From Thermodesulfobacteriota bacterium (GTDB taxonomy: Bacteria; Desulfobacterota; Binatia; Bin18): a stretch of DNA of 64,000 nt. The notes under the pieces were generated by a model. The model searched no databases. It was not told the DNA's origin and was given only the letters and a program-made list of their open reading frames with translations. Below, piece after piece: positions 10,123 to 21,274 of this stretch; the stretch's first letter is position 1; every line of letters begins with the position of its first letter. The translations under genes were made by a program, and so were the position numbers. Location: positions 448,001-512,000 of the forward strand of contig OZ219926.1 of the NCBI GenBank assembly GCA_964291405.2. Reading direction: 5' to 3'.

Positions 10123-10992
10123 ATGGATGGTGCTATCGATATCGTCTGTAATCTCTTCACTCCACAAGAAGTCCAGCAGGGCCAGACCGGGGTGGATGAG
10201 TATTTTCTCGACCAGGTCCGGTTTCCAGCCGAGTTACGGCCTGGCGTCCCGCTGGAAACCTATCTGGAGAAAATGGACCGCGCCCGGATTCAGCGCTCCC
10301 TGCTGGTTGCGGTTCGGGCCGGCGACCTGCGCATCAGCGGTTCATTCGAGATTCCGTATGCACGGGTGGCGGACATCTGTCAGCGCTACCCGGACCGCTT
10401 TTCCGGTCTGGCCGGGGTTGATCCCACCCGAGGGATGCAGGGTCTGCGCGACCTGGAATACGCGGTCAAAGAGTATGGATTTGTTGGTGCCCATCTCTAC
10501 CCACACTGGTTTGGCTTACCGCCCGACCACGCTCGCTATTATCCCGTTTACGCCAAGTGCTGCGAGCTGGAGATCCCGATTATGATGCAGGTCGGCCACT
10601 GCCTGCGCTATCAACGCAACCGGATTTTACCGAGTGTCGGCCGGCCGATTACGCTGGATCAGATCGCCATTGATTTTCCTGAGTTGGTGCTCATCGGGAT
10701 TCACTTGGGCTATCCCTGGACCGAGGAGATGATCTCGGTGGCCTGGAAGCATGAGAATGTCTATATCGGCTCGGATGCCTATGCGCCGCGCCATTGGCCG
10801 GAATCTTTTGTCCATTTCATCAATACCTGGGGGAAAGACAAAGTCCTGTTCGGGACGGACTGGCCGGTGATTGATCCTGAACGGGCAATCAAGGAGATCG
10901 ATGCGCTCGAACTCAGGCCGGAATCCAAGCAAAAATTCTTGCGCGACACAGCCCTGCGTCTGTTCTACCTGCCCGAATCGCCTGCAACCTAG
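10123..10992 (+). CDS. Amidohydrolase_2 family metal-dependent hydrolase
   Basis: YPDRFSGLAGVDP, YPVYAKCCEL, DFPEL..IGIHLGYPW, KVLFGTDWP. Confidence 0.88.
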   Translation: MDGAIDIVCNLFTPQEVQQGQTGVDEYFLDQVRFPAELRPGVPLETYLEKMDRARIQRSLLVAVRAGDLRISGSFEIPYARVADICQRYPDRFSGLAGVDPTRGMQGLRDLEYAVKEYGFVGAHLYPHWFGLPPDHARYYPVYAKCCELEIPIMMQVGHCLRYQRNRILPSVGRPITLDQIAIDFPELVLIGIHLGYPWTEEMISVAWKHENVYIGSDAYAPRHWPESFVHFINTWGKDKVLFGTDWPVIDPERAIKEIDALELRPESKQKFLRDTALRLFYLPESPAT

Positions 10993-11086
10993 AAGAGCAT
11001 CGTTCTTGATCCAGGGGCAATCGCAGTTATATTCTCTCCCCTAAGAAGAATACTGATCCGCTACGGAGAAATATGGACGCTGACCT

Positions 11087-12793
11087 ATGGCAACGACCGA
11101 CACCCCCCAAGCCGCAGACTTTATTCGGACGATTATCGCCGCGGACCTGAAGACCAATAAACATAACGGCAGAGTCGCAACCCGCTTTCCACCCGAACCG
11201 AACGGTCATCTTCATATCGGACATGCCAAATCCATCTGCCTGAACTTTGGGGTGGCACTGGAATATGGCGGAACGTGCAACCTCCGCTTCGACGATACCA
11301 ACCCGACCAAAGAAAACATCGACTACGTCGAATCCATTAAGCGGGATGTCAAATGGCTCGGCTTCGACTGGGACGATCGGGAATACTACGCCTCTGACTA
11401 TTTCGAGCAGTTGTATGCCTATGCGGTCCAGCTCATCAAAGACGGGAAAGCCTATGTGTGCAGCCTGAGCCCTGACGAAATCCGTTCCTATCGCGGCACC
11501 CTGACCGAACCGGGTCGAGACAGCCCCTATCGGCAGCGCTCGGTTGAGGAAAATCTCGACCTGTTTGCGCGCATGCGGGCCGGCGAGTTTCCGGAGGGCG
11601 CCCACGTCCTGCGGGCCAGGATCGATATGGCCTCGCCCAATATCAATATGCGTGACCCCGCGCTGTACCGGATTCTGAGGGCCACGCACCACCGCACGGG
11701 AGAGAGCTGGTGCATCTATCCCATGTATGACTTCACCCACTGCCTGAGTGACGCGCTCGAAGGGATTACCCACTCGCTGTGCACCCTGGAGTTCGAGGAT
11801 CATCGTCCCCTGTACGACTGGGCGTTGGACGTCCTCCCCGTTCCGAGTCATCCCCAGCAGATCGAATTCGCCCGCTTGAACCTGACCTATACGGTCATGA
11901 GCAAACGCAAGCTCCTGGCTCTGGTGACGGATCAATACGTGAGCGGCTGGGACGATCCGCGTATGCCGACCCTGGCCGGACTCCGCCGCCGGGGCTACAC
12001 GCCGCAGTCGATTCGAACCTTCTGCGAGCGCATCGGTCTGGCTAAACGGAACAGTACGGTTGACTATGCCATGCTCGAACACTGTATCCGCGAAGAGCTG
12101 AATCGAACTGCCCCGCGGGTCATGGCGGTCCTCCGCCCCCTGCGGGTTATCATAGACAATTATCCCCAAGACCAGGTTGAATACCTCGACGCGATCAACA
12201 ACCCGGAAGATGTCAGCGCAGGCACGCGGCAGGTCCCCTTCTCGCGAGTGATCTATATTGAGCGTGAGGACTTTCGTGAAGATCCGCCGCGCAAATTTTT
12301 TCGTCTCGCGCCCGGCCGGGAAGTGCGCTTGCGCTACGCCTATATCGTCAAATGCGTCAGCGTCGTCAAAGACGACACCGGAGAGATTACGGAAATTCAC
12401 TGCACCTACGATCCAGAGACGCGTAGCGGCGGGCCGGCCGCCGGTCGCAAGGTCAAAGCCACGATTCACTGGGTGTCAGCCGAGCAGGCCGTTAACGCCG
12501 AGGTCCGGCTGTACGATCATTTTTTCACCAAGCCCGACCCGGACAATGTGGAAGATGGAGCGGCGTTCACCGACTATCTGAACCCGCACTCGCTCGAAGT
12601 CCTGACCGACTGCAAAGTCGAGCCGAGCCTGGCCCAGGCCGAAGCCGGTCGTCGCTTTCAGTTTGAACGGCAGGGCTATTTCTGTGTGGATACAGTTGAC
12701 TCGTCTCCGGGCCGCCCGATCTTTAACCGAACCGTGACCTTGCGTGACACCTGGGCCAAAATCCAAAAAGCGGAACAGCAGAAAAAGGCATAG
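11087..12793 (+). CDS. glnS: Glutamine--tRNA ligase
   Basis: [18 protein letters not shown] (HIGH), [32 protein letters not shown]. Confidence 0.97.
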   Translation: MATTDTPQAADFIRTIIAADLKTNKHNGRVATRFPPEPNGHLHIGHAKSICLNFGVALEYGGTCNLRFDDTNPTKENIDYVESIKRDVKWLGFDWDDREYYASDYFEQLYAYAVQLIKDGKAYVCSLSPDEIRSYRGTLTEPGRDSPYRQRSVEENLDLFARMRAGEFPEGAHVLRARIDMASPNINMRDPALYRILRATHHRTGESWCIYPMYDFTHCLSDALEGITHSLCTLEFEDHRPLYDWALDVLPVPSHPQQIEFARLNLTYTVMSKRKLLALVTDQYVSGWDDPRMPTLAGLRRRGYTPQSIRTFCERIGLAKRNSTVDYAMLEHCIREELNRTAPRVMAVLRPLRVIIDNYPQDQVEYLDAINNPEDVSAGTRQVPFSRVIYIEREDFREDPPRKFFRLAPGREVRLRYAYIVKCVSVVKDDTGEITEIHCTYDPETRSGGPAAGRKVKATIHWVSAEQAVNAEVRLYDHFFTKPDPDNVEDGAAFTDYLNPHSLEVLTDCKVEPSLAQAEAGRRFQFERQGYFCVDTVDSSPGRPIFNRTVTLRDTWAKIQKAEQQKKA

Positions 12794-12799
12794 GCTCGC

Positions 12800-13477
12800 A
12801 TGGCAACGTCGCTCCGAGCGCTGCAATTTACGCCAACCGAGCAGGCCGGTGCCGTCTCTGCGCTCCTCCTGCGGCCCACGTCCGCCCGTGCCCTGCTCGT
12901 TCTGGGTCATGGAGCCGGAGCCGGGATGCGGCACCCTTTTATGCAGGCCGTGGCGGAACAGCTTGCCGCCCAAAAAATTGCGACGTTCCGCTATCAGTTT
13001 CCGTATATGGAAAAAGGAAAGAAAAGTCCCGACTCTCAAACGACATTACGCGCAACCATCGTCTCTGCGGTTGAGACGGCAAGAAAAGCGGCCCGAGGGT
13101 TGCCCCTCCTGGCCGGCGGAAAATCCATGGGAGGCCGGCTGACCTCGCTTGTTACAGCTGAGGGTCGCCTGCCGGATGTCCAAGGACTGATTTTTTTCGG
13201 TTTTCCCTTACATGCAGCAGGAAAACCGTCGAGCGAGCGGGGGGCGCATCTCGCTCAGGTAAACGTCCCGATGCTCTTCTTACAAGGGACGCGGGACAGG
13301 CTGGCCGAACTCGACCGCATCACGCCCTTATGCCGTGGCCTGGGCAAGCGAGCGACCCTCCACATTGTTGAGGGCGGCGACCACTCCTTTCACGTCCTCA
13401 AACGCTCAGGGCGAACCGATGAGGACGTACAAAACGAGTTGGGTGAGATTGTGGGGTCATGGGTCTCAGGTTTGTAG
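12800..13477 (+). CDS. Alpha/beta hydrolase (KANSL3/dienelactone hydrolase-like)
   Basis: GHGAGAGM, GGKSMGGR nucleophile elbow, FPLH..GK, QGTRD, GGDHSF. Confidence 0.88.
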   Translation: MATSLRALQFTPTEQAGAVSALLLRPTSARALLVLGHGAGAGMRHPFMQAVAEQLAAQKIATFRYQFPYMEKGKKSPDSQTTLRATIVSAVETARKAARGLPLLAGGKSMGGRLTSLVTAEGRLPDVQGLIFFGFPLHAAGKPSSERGAHLAQVNVPMLFLQGTRDRLAELDRITPLCRGLGKRATLHIVEGGDHSFHVLKRSGRTDEDVQNELGEIVGSWVSGL

Positions 13478-14071
13478 AATAGAGATATGGCCGGGTTGTA
13501 CCCGGATGCGGTCAAGCCATATCCGAATCGCCTTAAAACGATCCAGTTCAAAGCCTCCCTCATGGGCGACATGGGTGTAGGCGTAGAGCGCAATATCCGC
13601 AATCGTATAGCGCTCGCTCACAAAGAAGGTCCGTTTTGCGAGGTGCTGCTCCATGACCTCAAGCGCGGCATAGCCGAGGGGCCGTTTTTGCTCCAGCCCG
13701 GCGCGTCGTTCGTCTGTCAGCTCACCGTGCATCAGCCAAAAACGCGACGTGGCAATATTGGGCTCATGGCTATACTGCTCAAAGAACATCCACTGGAGAA
13801 TTTGCGCCTGAGCCAGGCGGTGGTCAGGCAGGAAGGCGGTTCCCTCGGCTAAATAGAAGAGAATCGCATTGGACTCGGACAGACAGGTGCCGTCTTCCAA
13901 CTCCAGAACGGGGATACGACCGTTGGGGTTGATCTTCAGAAAGTCCGGCGTACGCGTCTCGCCCTGGAGGATATCGTGCTCAATACGCTCAAAGGGAATC
14001 CCAAGCTGAGTGAGCAATAATCGAACTTTATACCCGTTTCCGGAAGACAAATAATCGTGCAGTTTGAGCAT
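13466..14071 (-). CDS. Glutathione S-transferase family protein
   Basis: SGNGYKVRL, NPNGRIPVL, LSESNAIL, TIADIALYAYTH. Confidence 0.93.
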   Translation of the reverse strand: MLKLHDYLSSGNGYKVRLLLTQLGIPFERIEHDILQGETRTPDFLKINPNGRIPVLELEDGTCLSESNAILFYLAEGTAFLPDHRLAQAQILQWMFFEQYSHEPNIATSRFWLMHGELTDERRAGLEQKRPLGYAALEVMEQHLAKRTFFVSERYTIADIALYAYTHVAHEGGFELDRFKAIRIWLDRIRVQPGHISILQT

Positions 14072-14088
14072 GTAGAGCCCTCCGTCTG

Positions 14089-14991
14089 TCAGCCGATAAC
14101 CTGTGATTCCCGTACGGCGTCAAGAATGGCCAGGCGTGTGGCTTCCGCGGCTATCGTCCCGACCAGCGTCACATCAGTCCGCACCTGTCCGGCGGACACG
14201 CTGAATACCAGATCGCCGTCCCACGGGCTAAAGGCGGGTGAAAGCGCCCGGGCGAACCCTGCGGTGGCCATTTTTGCTACGATAAAGAGGGCTTCCTGGC
14301 TCAGGGCCGCATTGGTGACAACCGCGACCAGGGTGGTGTTTTGGGGGAGTGAAGTTCTGGCCTCGGCGCTCCCGCGCAGCAGATGCTGTTCGACATTGAG
14401 AAACTGCCCGTGCGGATCAACCGCGCCGGCAATGATTTTGTCGTTTTCCCTGACATCGCCAAAGGCGTTCACCGCCGCACACGCCAACACCTTGAGTTCG
14501 CCCGCCTGTATATGCCCGACGCCGAACCCACCGGTCATGGGGCGACCGTTCTCCAGTCCCTTGCCGACCGTCGCACCGCTTCCAACGCCGACTCTCCCGC
14601 GTGCATATTCGCTATTGGTGGCAGCTTTGCAGGCGTCATAAGCGTCCTGGGCCGCCGGATAGACCGGCTTACCGTAGGCAAGGTCAAAAATGCAGGCGGT
14701 TGGTACAATCGGCACAATCCGACCCGGTGTCGCCAGTCCCCGGCCCTGTTCCTGCTGATATTCCATAACGCCAGTGGACGCCCCGAGCCCATACGCGCTC
14801 CCACCGGTAAACACCAGCGCGTCGATCTCTTCAACCGAGTTTCCCAGATTGAGCGGGACAACATCACGTGTGCCTGGGGCCGAGCCACACAGATGATACG
14901 CACACACCACCCGCTGCGTAAAAAGGAGAACCGAAATACCGGTATTTCCCGTCAGGCTCTTGTGCCCAATCAGGAGGTTCTCAAGATGCAT
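14089..14991 (-). CDS. P1/S58 family peptidase (DmpA-like)
   Basis: GSAPGTRD, TGGSAYGL, VPIVP.A.IFDL, G.VGVGSGATVGK, VNAFGDV, QNTTL, DGDLVF. Confidence 0.88.
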   Translation of the reverse strand: MHLENLLIGHKSLTGNTGISVLLFTQRVVCAYHLCGSAPGTRDVVPLNLGNSVEEIDALVFTGGSAYGLGASTGVMEYQQEQGRGLATPGRIVPIVPTACIFDLAYGKPVYPAAQDAYDACKAATNSEYARGRVGVGSGATVGKGLENGRPMTGGFGVGHIQAGELKVLACAAVNAFGDVRENDKIIAGAVDPHGQFLNVEQHLLRGSAEARTSLPQNTTLVAVVTNAALSQEALFIVAKMATAGFARALSPAFSPWDGDLVFSVSAGQVRTDVTLVGTIAAEATRLAILDAVRESQVIG

Positions 14992-15098
14992 TACCCTTCC
15001 CCTGTATAAAACGCACGCACCATAACGATCGCGGGCAAAAGGGTGCGAGACTAGGGGCAGACCATCCTCTCGTCAACCACGACCTCGTAGGCATACCC

Positions 15099-15884
15099 TT
15101 ACTTCGCGGTAAAGCCGCCGTCCACCATTAACAAACTGCCCGTTACGTAATCCGCCTCTGACGAGGCCAGGAAAATCACCGGACCGACCATGTCGGGAAT
15201 CGCCCCCCAGCGACCGAGCGGGGTAAGGGCTTCGACGGTAGATTTGATGTCTTGATTTTCGTGAAATGGGCGTGTCATGGCAGTCGTCAAAAAGTTGGGG
15301 CAGATCGCGTTGACGTTGATCCTATGTGGGCCGTAGTCCACCGCGAGTTGACGGGTGAGGTTTGCCGCTGCCGCTTTTGAGGCGCAGTAGGCCGGTTCCT
15401 CGGGTAAGCCGATCACCCCAGCAATCGAGACGATATTCACTATTTTCCCTCCGCCCCCCTGTTTCAGAAACTGGCGAATGGCTTGCTGGCAGCCATTCCA
15501 GACGCCTTTGGCATTCACTCCCATGGTAAAATCGTATTCTTCCTCAGTCTTTTCATGGATGGGAGCTAAACGCGTGAACACACCGGCATTGTTGACCATA
15601 ATGTCAAGCCGACCAAAGCGCTCCACCGCCTGTCGAATGACCGCTTCGACCTCGTGGCCTTTGGTCACATCCGCTTGCACAAAGCAGGCCTGGCCACCCT
15701 GGGCCGTAACCACCTCAGCAGTCGCCCGCTGGGTGTCGGCATCATAGCCCTCGGGCCGGGCATCAGGCCGGATGTCCGAGCAGACGATTCGAGCCCCCTC
15801 GGTGGCGAAGCCAATGGCAATGGCCCGACCGATGCCGGAGCTGGCACCGGTAATTACCGCGACTTTTTCCTGCAAGCGTCCCAT
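15099..15884 (-). CDS. SDR family oxidoreductase
   Basis: Starts MGRLQEKVAVITGASSGIG after an AGGAG RBS; NNAG and YCASK motifs. Confidence 0.92.
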   Translation of the reverse strand: MGRLQEKVAVITGASSGIGRAIAIGFATEGARIVCSDIRPDARPEGYDADTQRATAEVVTAQGGQACFVQADVTKGHEVEAVIRQAVERFGRLDIMVNNAGVFTRLAPIHEKTEEEYDFTMGVNAKGVWNGCQQAIRQFLKQGGGGKIVNIVSIAGVIGLPEEPAYCASKAAAANLTRQLAVDYGPHRINVNAICPNFLTTAMTRPFHENQDIKSTVEALTPLGRWGAIPDMVGPVIFLASSEADYVTGSLLMVDGGFTAK

Positions 15885-16072
15885 GCTTTTCTCCTTTTTA
15901 TCTCCAAGCTTTCGTCTTGCTCCAGGTTTCATCTCTCTTCCCGGCACTTGATACCTGCCCGTGGAAAAGAGTACAACACGCTGGAAAGGTGGTCGCAGCG
16001 CCTCGACAACTTCTGCCCACCTGATATTGAGACGACATGACTCGAAGATCACGCTAGCCGGAGGATATCAGC

Positions 16073-16990
16073 GTGCGAACAATCACCCTGTGTAGCGGAA
16101 AAGGTGGCGTCGGAAAGACCTTGCTGGCAACCAGCTTAGGCAGAATTATTCAGCGACAAGAGCAGTGTAATGTCCTTCTCGTCGATTTGGACCTGTCAGT
16201 CCGCGGCCTCACCCTCCTGGCCTTTCAAAACAAGTATGAACTCGATCAGCTTCCGTTCTCCTTAACGGATTATTTTTATTTGGAAGATGGAGATCAACCG
16301 GCGCTCCTGCATGCACTCCACAAAGGGCTCGCCCAAAACAATAACAATTCCGAGGAGAGCCAAGAGACAACGGCTCAGACAACGGCCGGCCCCTCGACCT
16401 ATGAACGGTTGGACGGGCTTTTTATCATCCCTTCTTCTACCGAAAGCGAGCGGCCCGACTGGACACCGTTGCACCACTTAGAGCTCAACGAAACGATCGA
16501 TAAACTTGGCAAGTTCTACGAGTTTGCAACGTCGTCGTTACCCGTCGACTACGTCATTTTTGACACGCAAGCCGGGCTCGGGAGTCTGAGTTTGGCGGCC
16601 ACAACCCTGAGCGACATGAACCTCATTGTGTTGGAAGAGGACGATATCAGTTGGCGGACCGCGCTCAATGCCTTCATGGAAATCTCAGCGCTCAACAAAC
16701 GACTCCAACGAAAATCCCACAGTTATTTTCTGGCCAACAAGGTCAGTTCCAGCATGCTGGATGCGGCGGATAAGCTCAAAGCCTTTTCATTTCTCCCCCC
16801 CGTCCCGTTTGATGCCTGGGTGCAAAAGCTCTTTGCTCACGCCACAATCACCGTGCTGGCGAGAGATTTCGAGGGGAGTGATTTCTTCAAGCAAGTGGAG
16901 TCACAGGTGTGGCAGGAGTTAGCGGTCATTCTGGGCGTGCGGCAACGGGCGACCGGGAACGGCCCGCGGTCTTCATGGTGGCGAGGATAG
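16073..16990 (+). CDS. MinD/ParA family ATPase (orphan)
   Basis: GGAGG RBS and GTG start; deviant Walker A SGKGGVGKT, VDLD, DYVIFDTQAG, ANKV. Confidence 0.82.
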   Translation: MRTITLCSGKGGVGKTLLATSLGRIIQRQEQCNVLLVDLDLSVRGLTLLAFQNKYELDQLPFSLTDYFYLEDGDQPALLHALHKGLAQNNNNSEESQETTAQTTAGPSTYERLDGLFIIPSSTESERPDWTPLHHLELNETIDKLGKFYEFATSSLPVDYVIFDTQAGLGSLSLAATTLSDMNLIVLEEDDISWRTALNAFMEISALNKRLQRKSHSYFLANKVSSSMLDAADKLKAFSFLPPVPFDAWVQKLFAHATITVLARDFEGSDFFKQVESQVWQELAVILGVRQRATGNGPRSSWWRG

Positions 16991-17049
16991 CCTGTAGGGA
17001 CGACCGTCGCCGGTAGCGTTCCTCGCCGTCCCGTCTCAGCAAGCCCTCC

Positions 17050-18048
17050 CTACTCCCGCTCCAACCAGACATCCGGGCAGGTCACCACACCATTCCGTTC
17101 AAAAATCGCGTCGATTTCGGCAAAGTCTTCTTGCCTGATATCCCATCCAAGGGCACCGACGTTGTCTTCTACCTCGGCCGCTTTACGACAGCCAACCAAG
17201 GCCGTACTCACCGCCGGATGTGAGAGCGTCCAGCGCAGCGCAAACTGCGGCAAGCTTCTGCCATAGCTGGCGGCCAAACCCTTCAGCTCTTCCACCGCCT
17301 TAATGTTGTTGGGAAAGTGATCAGGGCCGAACATGGTCTGGAACAGATTGATGCCACCCATGCGGCCCTGACGCGCCCGCCAGTCTCCTTCGTCAAAGGT
17401 CATATCCGCGTGAAAGGTTCCGCTCAGCAGACCGTAGGCGAGCGAGCCATAGGCCATGACACCCATGTTGTGCTCGCGACAGTAGGGCAGGATTTCCTGG
17501 TCCATACGTCGGTCAAACATATTCCAGCAGTATTGAGCGACGTCCACCCGGCGGGTCGTCATACTGGTTTCAATCTGCCCACGCCGGAAGTTCGAAATGC
17601 CGATGGCCCGCGCCTTGCCCTGCTGCACAACGTCGTCCAAGGCCCGCATGGTCTCTTCAAAAGGCGTGTTCAGATCCGGCCAGTGGACCATATACACGTC
17701 CACATAGTCCGAGTTCAGGTTCTTCAGGCTTTTCTCGATCGAGACCATGACCCGCTCGCGGCTGCTGTCTCGATAATTCGGCGCTTCTTTGTAGCCGATA
17801 CCAAACTTGGTAACGACAATGGCGTCTTTCCGACGCTCACCAAGCGCCTTGGCCAACGAACGCTCCGAGGCCCCAAACCCGTAGGCTTCGGCGGTATCAA
17901 AACACGTAATGCCCAGGTCCAAGGCGGTATGAACCGCGGCAATAAACTCTTGTTCTTCAATTGACCCGTAGCCACCGCCAATCTCCCAGCAGCCGACGCC
18001 AATGGCGGACACTTCTATACCGGTTTGTCCAAAAGGACGATATTCCAT
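17050..18048 (-). CDS. Aldo/keto reductase
   Basis: FDTAEAYG.G.SE, VTKFG, DYVDVYMVHWPD, GKARAIGISNF. Confidence 0.93.
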   Translation of the reverse strand: MEYRPFGQTGIEVSAIGVGCWEIGGGYGSIEEQEFIAAVHTALDLGITCFDTAEAYGFGASERSLAKALGERRKDAIVVTKFGIGYKEAPNYRDSSRERVMVSIEKSLKNLNSDYVDVYMVHWPDLNTPFEETMRALDDVVQQGKARAIGISNFRRGQIETSMTTRRVDVAQYCWNMFDRRMDQEILPYCREHNMGVMAYGSLAYGLLSGTFHADMTFDEGDWRARQGRMGGINLFQTMFGPDHFPNNIKAVEELKGLAASYGRSLPQFALRWTLSHPAVSTALVGCRKAAEVEDNVGALGWDIRQEDFAEIDAIFERNGVVTCPDVWLERE

Positions 18049-18062
18049 GAGCGAGTCCCCCT

Positions 18063-18884
18063 CTAGTGCATTTCGATGCCACCGTCGACATTGATGGCCT
18101 GTCCGGTTACGTTCTCGGCCAGGGCGAGGTAGACGGCCAGTTGCCCGATATCGTCCGGCGTTTGGGGTCGGCCTTGGGGGATCACGTTCTTGACCCAGCG
18201 TTGCCAGGAGTCCTCCTTAGATTCGTCCGGTTGTTTGAGCGACTCGGCCAGGTACTCCCACATCTGGGTGCGCAAAATGCCCGGACAAATGGCGTTGACG
18301 CGGATATTGGCCTGGGCCAGCTCTTTGGCCAAAGAATTGCTGAAACCCACAACCGCAAACTTTGAGGCGCAGTAGTGCGCCAGACCGCCAAAACCGTTCT
18401 TGCCCGCGATCGAGGCAATATTGATAATCAGGCCCCCACCCCGGTTTTTGAGGGCGGGAATCGCAGCCTGACAGGAAAGAAAGACCCCTTTGGCATTGAC
18501 CGCAAAGGTCAGGTCCCAGGCCTCTTCGGACATGTCTTCGACCTTCACCATATTCACCACGCCAGCGTTACAGACCATGATATCCAGGCCGCCCAACGCA
18601 CCCGTGGCCTCCTCGACCATACGCAGAGTATCGTCTTTCCGAGTGACATCGGCCTGAATCGCGACTGAGCGCCGCCCGAGGGAGATGATTTCTTCCGCAG
18701 TTTGCTGTGCCTGCGTAAATCCCCCGACCGCGGTCGCGCCATACTGCTGGGCCGTGCTCGTCATGGTTTCAATGTCCGACACGGCCACATCAGCTCCGGC
18801 GTTTGCCAGGGCCAGGGCAATGCCCCGCCCAATCCCCCGTGCTCCGCCCGTCACTAGGGCCACTTTTCCATCCAGTTGTGACAT
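18063..18884 (-). CDS. SDR family oxidoreductase
   Basis: MSQLDGKVALVTGGARGIG, CNAG, YCASK. Confidence 0.92.
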   Translation of the reverse strand: MSQLDGKVALVTGGARGIGRGIALALANAGADVAVSDIETMTSTAQQYGATAVGGFTQAQQTAEEIISLGRRSVAIQADVTRKDDTLRMVEEATGALGGLDIMVCNAGVVNMVKVEDMSEEAWDLTFAVNAKGVFLSCQAAIPALKNRGGGLIINIASIAGKNGFGGLAHYCASKFAVVGFSNSLAKELAQANIRVNAICPGILRTQMWEYLAESLKQPDESKEDSWQRWVKNVIPQGRPQTPDDIGQLAVYLALAENVTGQAINVDGGIEMH

Positions 18885-18907
18885 ACGTCTTCCTTTCTCC
18901 CTCTGCT

Positions 18908-20356
18908 TTAGAAACCGGCCGGGCGCGGACACCCACCCATCATTTCAAACAAATGTTTCGCCACGTGCAGGGTTGTCCGGTCTTCAAGATAGGGACCGAC
19001 GATCTGGATACCTATTGGCAGTCCATTGTCGAGCTGACCCACCGGAATCACCGTGGCCGGCAGCAGACAGGCACCGGCTGGCGCCATCCACGTCACCAAA
19101 TCCCAATACGGCCGTTGCTGCCCGCCAACCAGGGCCGTCCGTCCGGCTTGGGGCTCGGAGTGGTCGTGCTTGATCGCCGGACATGGCATGACCGGCAGCA
19201 GCATCACGTCCCAGTCCTGGAAGAACTCTTCCCAGCGTTTGCGCATCTGCATCCGGCGTTCATTATAGCTCAGCCATTCGCGATGCCGCATGGCAAACAG
19301 CCGCCGGGTCTGGTCCGTTGAGGTATCACCGCTTGACTGCGCGTACTCTTCGATTTTGTCCCGCGATATCCCACCTGCCAGTGCGGACTGCAACAGAGCC
19401 ATAAAGGTCGCCGCAATTTTTTCCAGGCTGAATTCGGGCCGCGCGTTCGCACTCACCGTTGCGCCGGCGCTTGATAATGCGCTGGCAGCGTTTTCCAGCA
19501 GGGTTCGCGCTTCCGGCTCGACCGGACAACGGGGATCGTCCAGCCAGGTCGCAATGCGGTAGTCCTTGAGTGCCTGTCTGCGCGGAGCTGGTAGCTCCAA
19601 CCGCCACGCCGGTTGTTCCCAGCGGTTGGGGCCGGCCATGATATCGAGCCCCAGTTCCAGGTCTTCGACATTCCGGGCCATGGGTCCGGCAACCGCCAGG
19701 TCGGCCAGCGTCAGGGTTCCCGGCGGACCCGGAATCTGCCCGTGGGCGGGCACAATACCATAGCTCGGCTTGTGGCCGGTGACACCCGACATATGAGACG
19801 GCAGGCGAATCGAGCCACCAATATCGCTGCCCAACTCCAACGGCGTGAAGCCACAGGCCAAAGCGGCTCCCGAACCGCCGGACGAGCCGCCCGGCGTACG
19901 CGTGGTATCGTGCGGATTATTGGTTGTGCCAAAAATCTCATTATAGCTCTGTAGATCACCCGCGTAGATCGGCAGATTGGTCTTGCCGTAGATAATGGCC
20001 CCTGCTTCGCGCAGTCGGGCAACCGGCCAGGCGTCTTCCTCTGGAATGAAATCCTTGAGCTCCGGTGCACCCGACGTCGTCCGCATACCTTTGGTTTGAT
20101 ACGAGTCCTTAATCGTCATCGGCACACCGTGTAGCGGTCCTCGAGAGGCGCCTCGGACCAAATCCGCATCCGCGGCATCGGCCTCTGCCCGCGCCCGTTC
20201 CGCATCGATCGTTACGACGCTATTAATGGTCTTATCGAGCGCTTCGACTCGAGCAAGAAAATAGTCAACGGCTTCGCGGCTTGAAACTTCCTTCCTTTGG
20301 ATCATGGCGGCGACTTCTGCGGCCGTCGCATAGGCAAGCTGAGACTGATCAGACAT
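18908..20356 (-). CDS. Amidase (amidase-signature family)
   Basis: GPLHGVPMTIKD, PGGSSGGSGAA, GSDIGGSIR; AGGAGGG RBS before ATG 20356. Confidence 0.93.
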   Translation of the reverse strand: MSDQSQLAYATAAEVAAMIQRKEVSSREAVDYFLARVEALDKTINSVVTIDAERARAEADAADADLVRGASRGPLHGVPMTIKDSYQTKGMRTTSGAPELKDFIPEEDAWPVARLREAGAIIYGKTNLPIYAGDLQSYNEIFGTTNNPHDTTRTPGGSSGGSGAALACGFTPLELGSDIGGSIRLPSHMSGVTGHKPSYGIVPAHGQIPGPPGTLTLADLAVAGPMARNVEDLELGLDIMAGPNRWEQPAWRLELPAPRRQALKDYRIATWLDDPRCPVEPEARTLLENAASALSSAGATVSANARPEFSLEKIAATFMALLQSALAGGISRDKIEEYAQSSGDTSTDQTRRLFAMRHREWLSYNERRMQMRKRWEEFFQDWDVMLLPVMPCPAIKHDHSEPQAGRTALVGGQQRPYWDLVTWMAPAGACLLPATVIPVGQLDNGLPIGIQIVGPYLEDRTTLHVAKHLFEMMGGCPRPAGF

Positions 20357-20512
20357 GTCTCCCTCCTTCTTCAGGCTGCCGTTAGAGTTCGGCTTGTGCC
20401 AAGCAGCAGCATCTTGCCACGCACCCGGCAGGGACACAAGCTTACAGAGCTGATACACTTGATACAGGTCGGGCGAACGGAGCCCCCTCTCATAGCTCGC
20501 ACAGGAGGTAAC

Positions 20513-21274
20513 ATGACCGCGACACAAGAGATCCTCATCGACACCCTCTACCACGCCCGCCGAAACGGAACCCGACCAGCCCACATTGATCCCATCCCTT
20601 CGGACCTGGACGAAGCGCTCGCCGTCCAACTCCGCGTTCTCCGGCGCTTCGAGGCCGCAGGGGAACGTCTTGGCGGTTGGAAGGTCGGGCTAACCTCGGG
20701 GAAAGCCCGCGACCGTATGGGAAAAGACGTGCGGCCGTTCGGCTATGTCCTCCAGAATCGGGTTTTTTCGTCCGGCGCGGCCCTTCCCGTCGCTTCAATT
20801 ATGAACTGTCATATTGAGCCCGAACTCTGCCTTATAGTCGGCTCGGCCTTACGTGGCCAGGATGTCGATCGCGAGCAGGCCAAAGCCGCGGTTCGGGCCG
20901 TTGCCCCGGCATTTGAGATCAACGAGGTTCGTGTCCAGCCGGATCAGGGCCCCATGCCCTTGGTGGCCGACGGCTTGGCCCAGTGGGGGATCGTCATTGG
21001 ACCGGAAGCCCCGGTCCGAGACGGGCTGGTCGATACCACGGCGACATTTTCGCATAACAATCAGGTGGTCGAGATCAAGACGCCAGGGACAACAATGGAT
21101 GATCCCTATCTCTCGCTATCACGCCTGTGTCATCGCCTGTATCCATTCGATCTGGGTCTGGAGCCGGGTCAACCCGTCATTACCGGTTCATTTTGCCATC
21201 ACGCGGTCACACAGCCAGGGAGCTATAGCGCGGATTTTTCCGGCGTCGGAACCGTGTCGGTTCGGTTTCACTAA
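20513..21274 (+). CDS. 2-keto-4-pentenoate hydratase/FAH-superfamily protein
   Basis: AGGAGG RBS; GWKVGLTS, PFGY, IEPEL, PAFEI, LEPGQPVITGS. Confidence 0.8.
   Translation: MTATQEILIDTLYHARRNGTRPAHIDPIPSDLDEALAVQLRVLRRFEAAGERLGGWKVGLTSGKARDRMGKDVRPFGYVLQNRVFSSGAALPVASIMNCHIEPELCLIVGSALRGQDVDREQAKAAVRAVAPAFEINEVRVQPDQGPMPLVADGLAQWGIVIGPEAPVRDGLVDTTATFSHNNQVVEIKTPGTTMDDPYLSLSRLCHRLYPFDLGLEPGQPVITGSFCHHAVTQPGSYSADFSGVGTVSVRFH

Noticed and set aside
11027-12469. Long antisense ORFs (480 aa opposite glnS; also 38675-39919, 40983-41906, 21315-22184)
   Set aside because: Shadow ORFs from GC-rich codon bias opposite well-supported genes, with no recognisable motifs.
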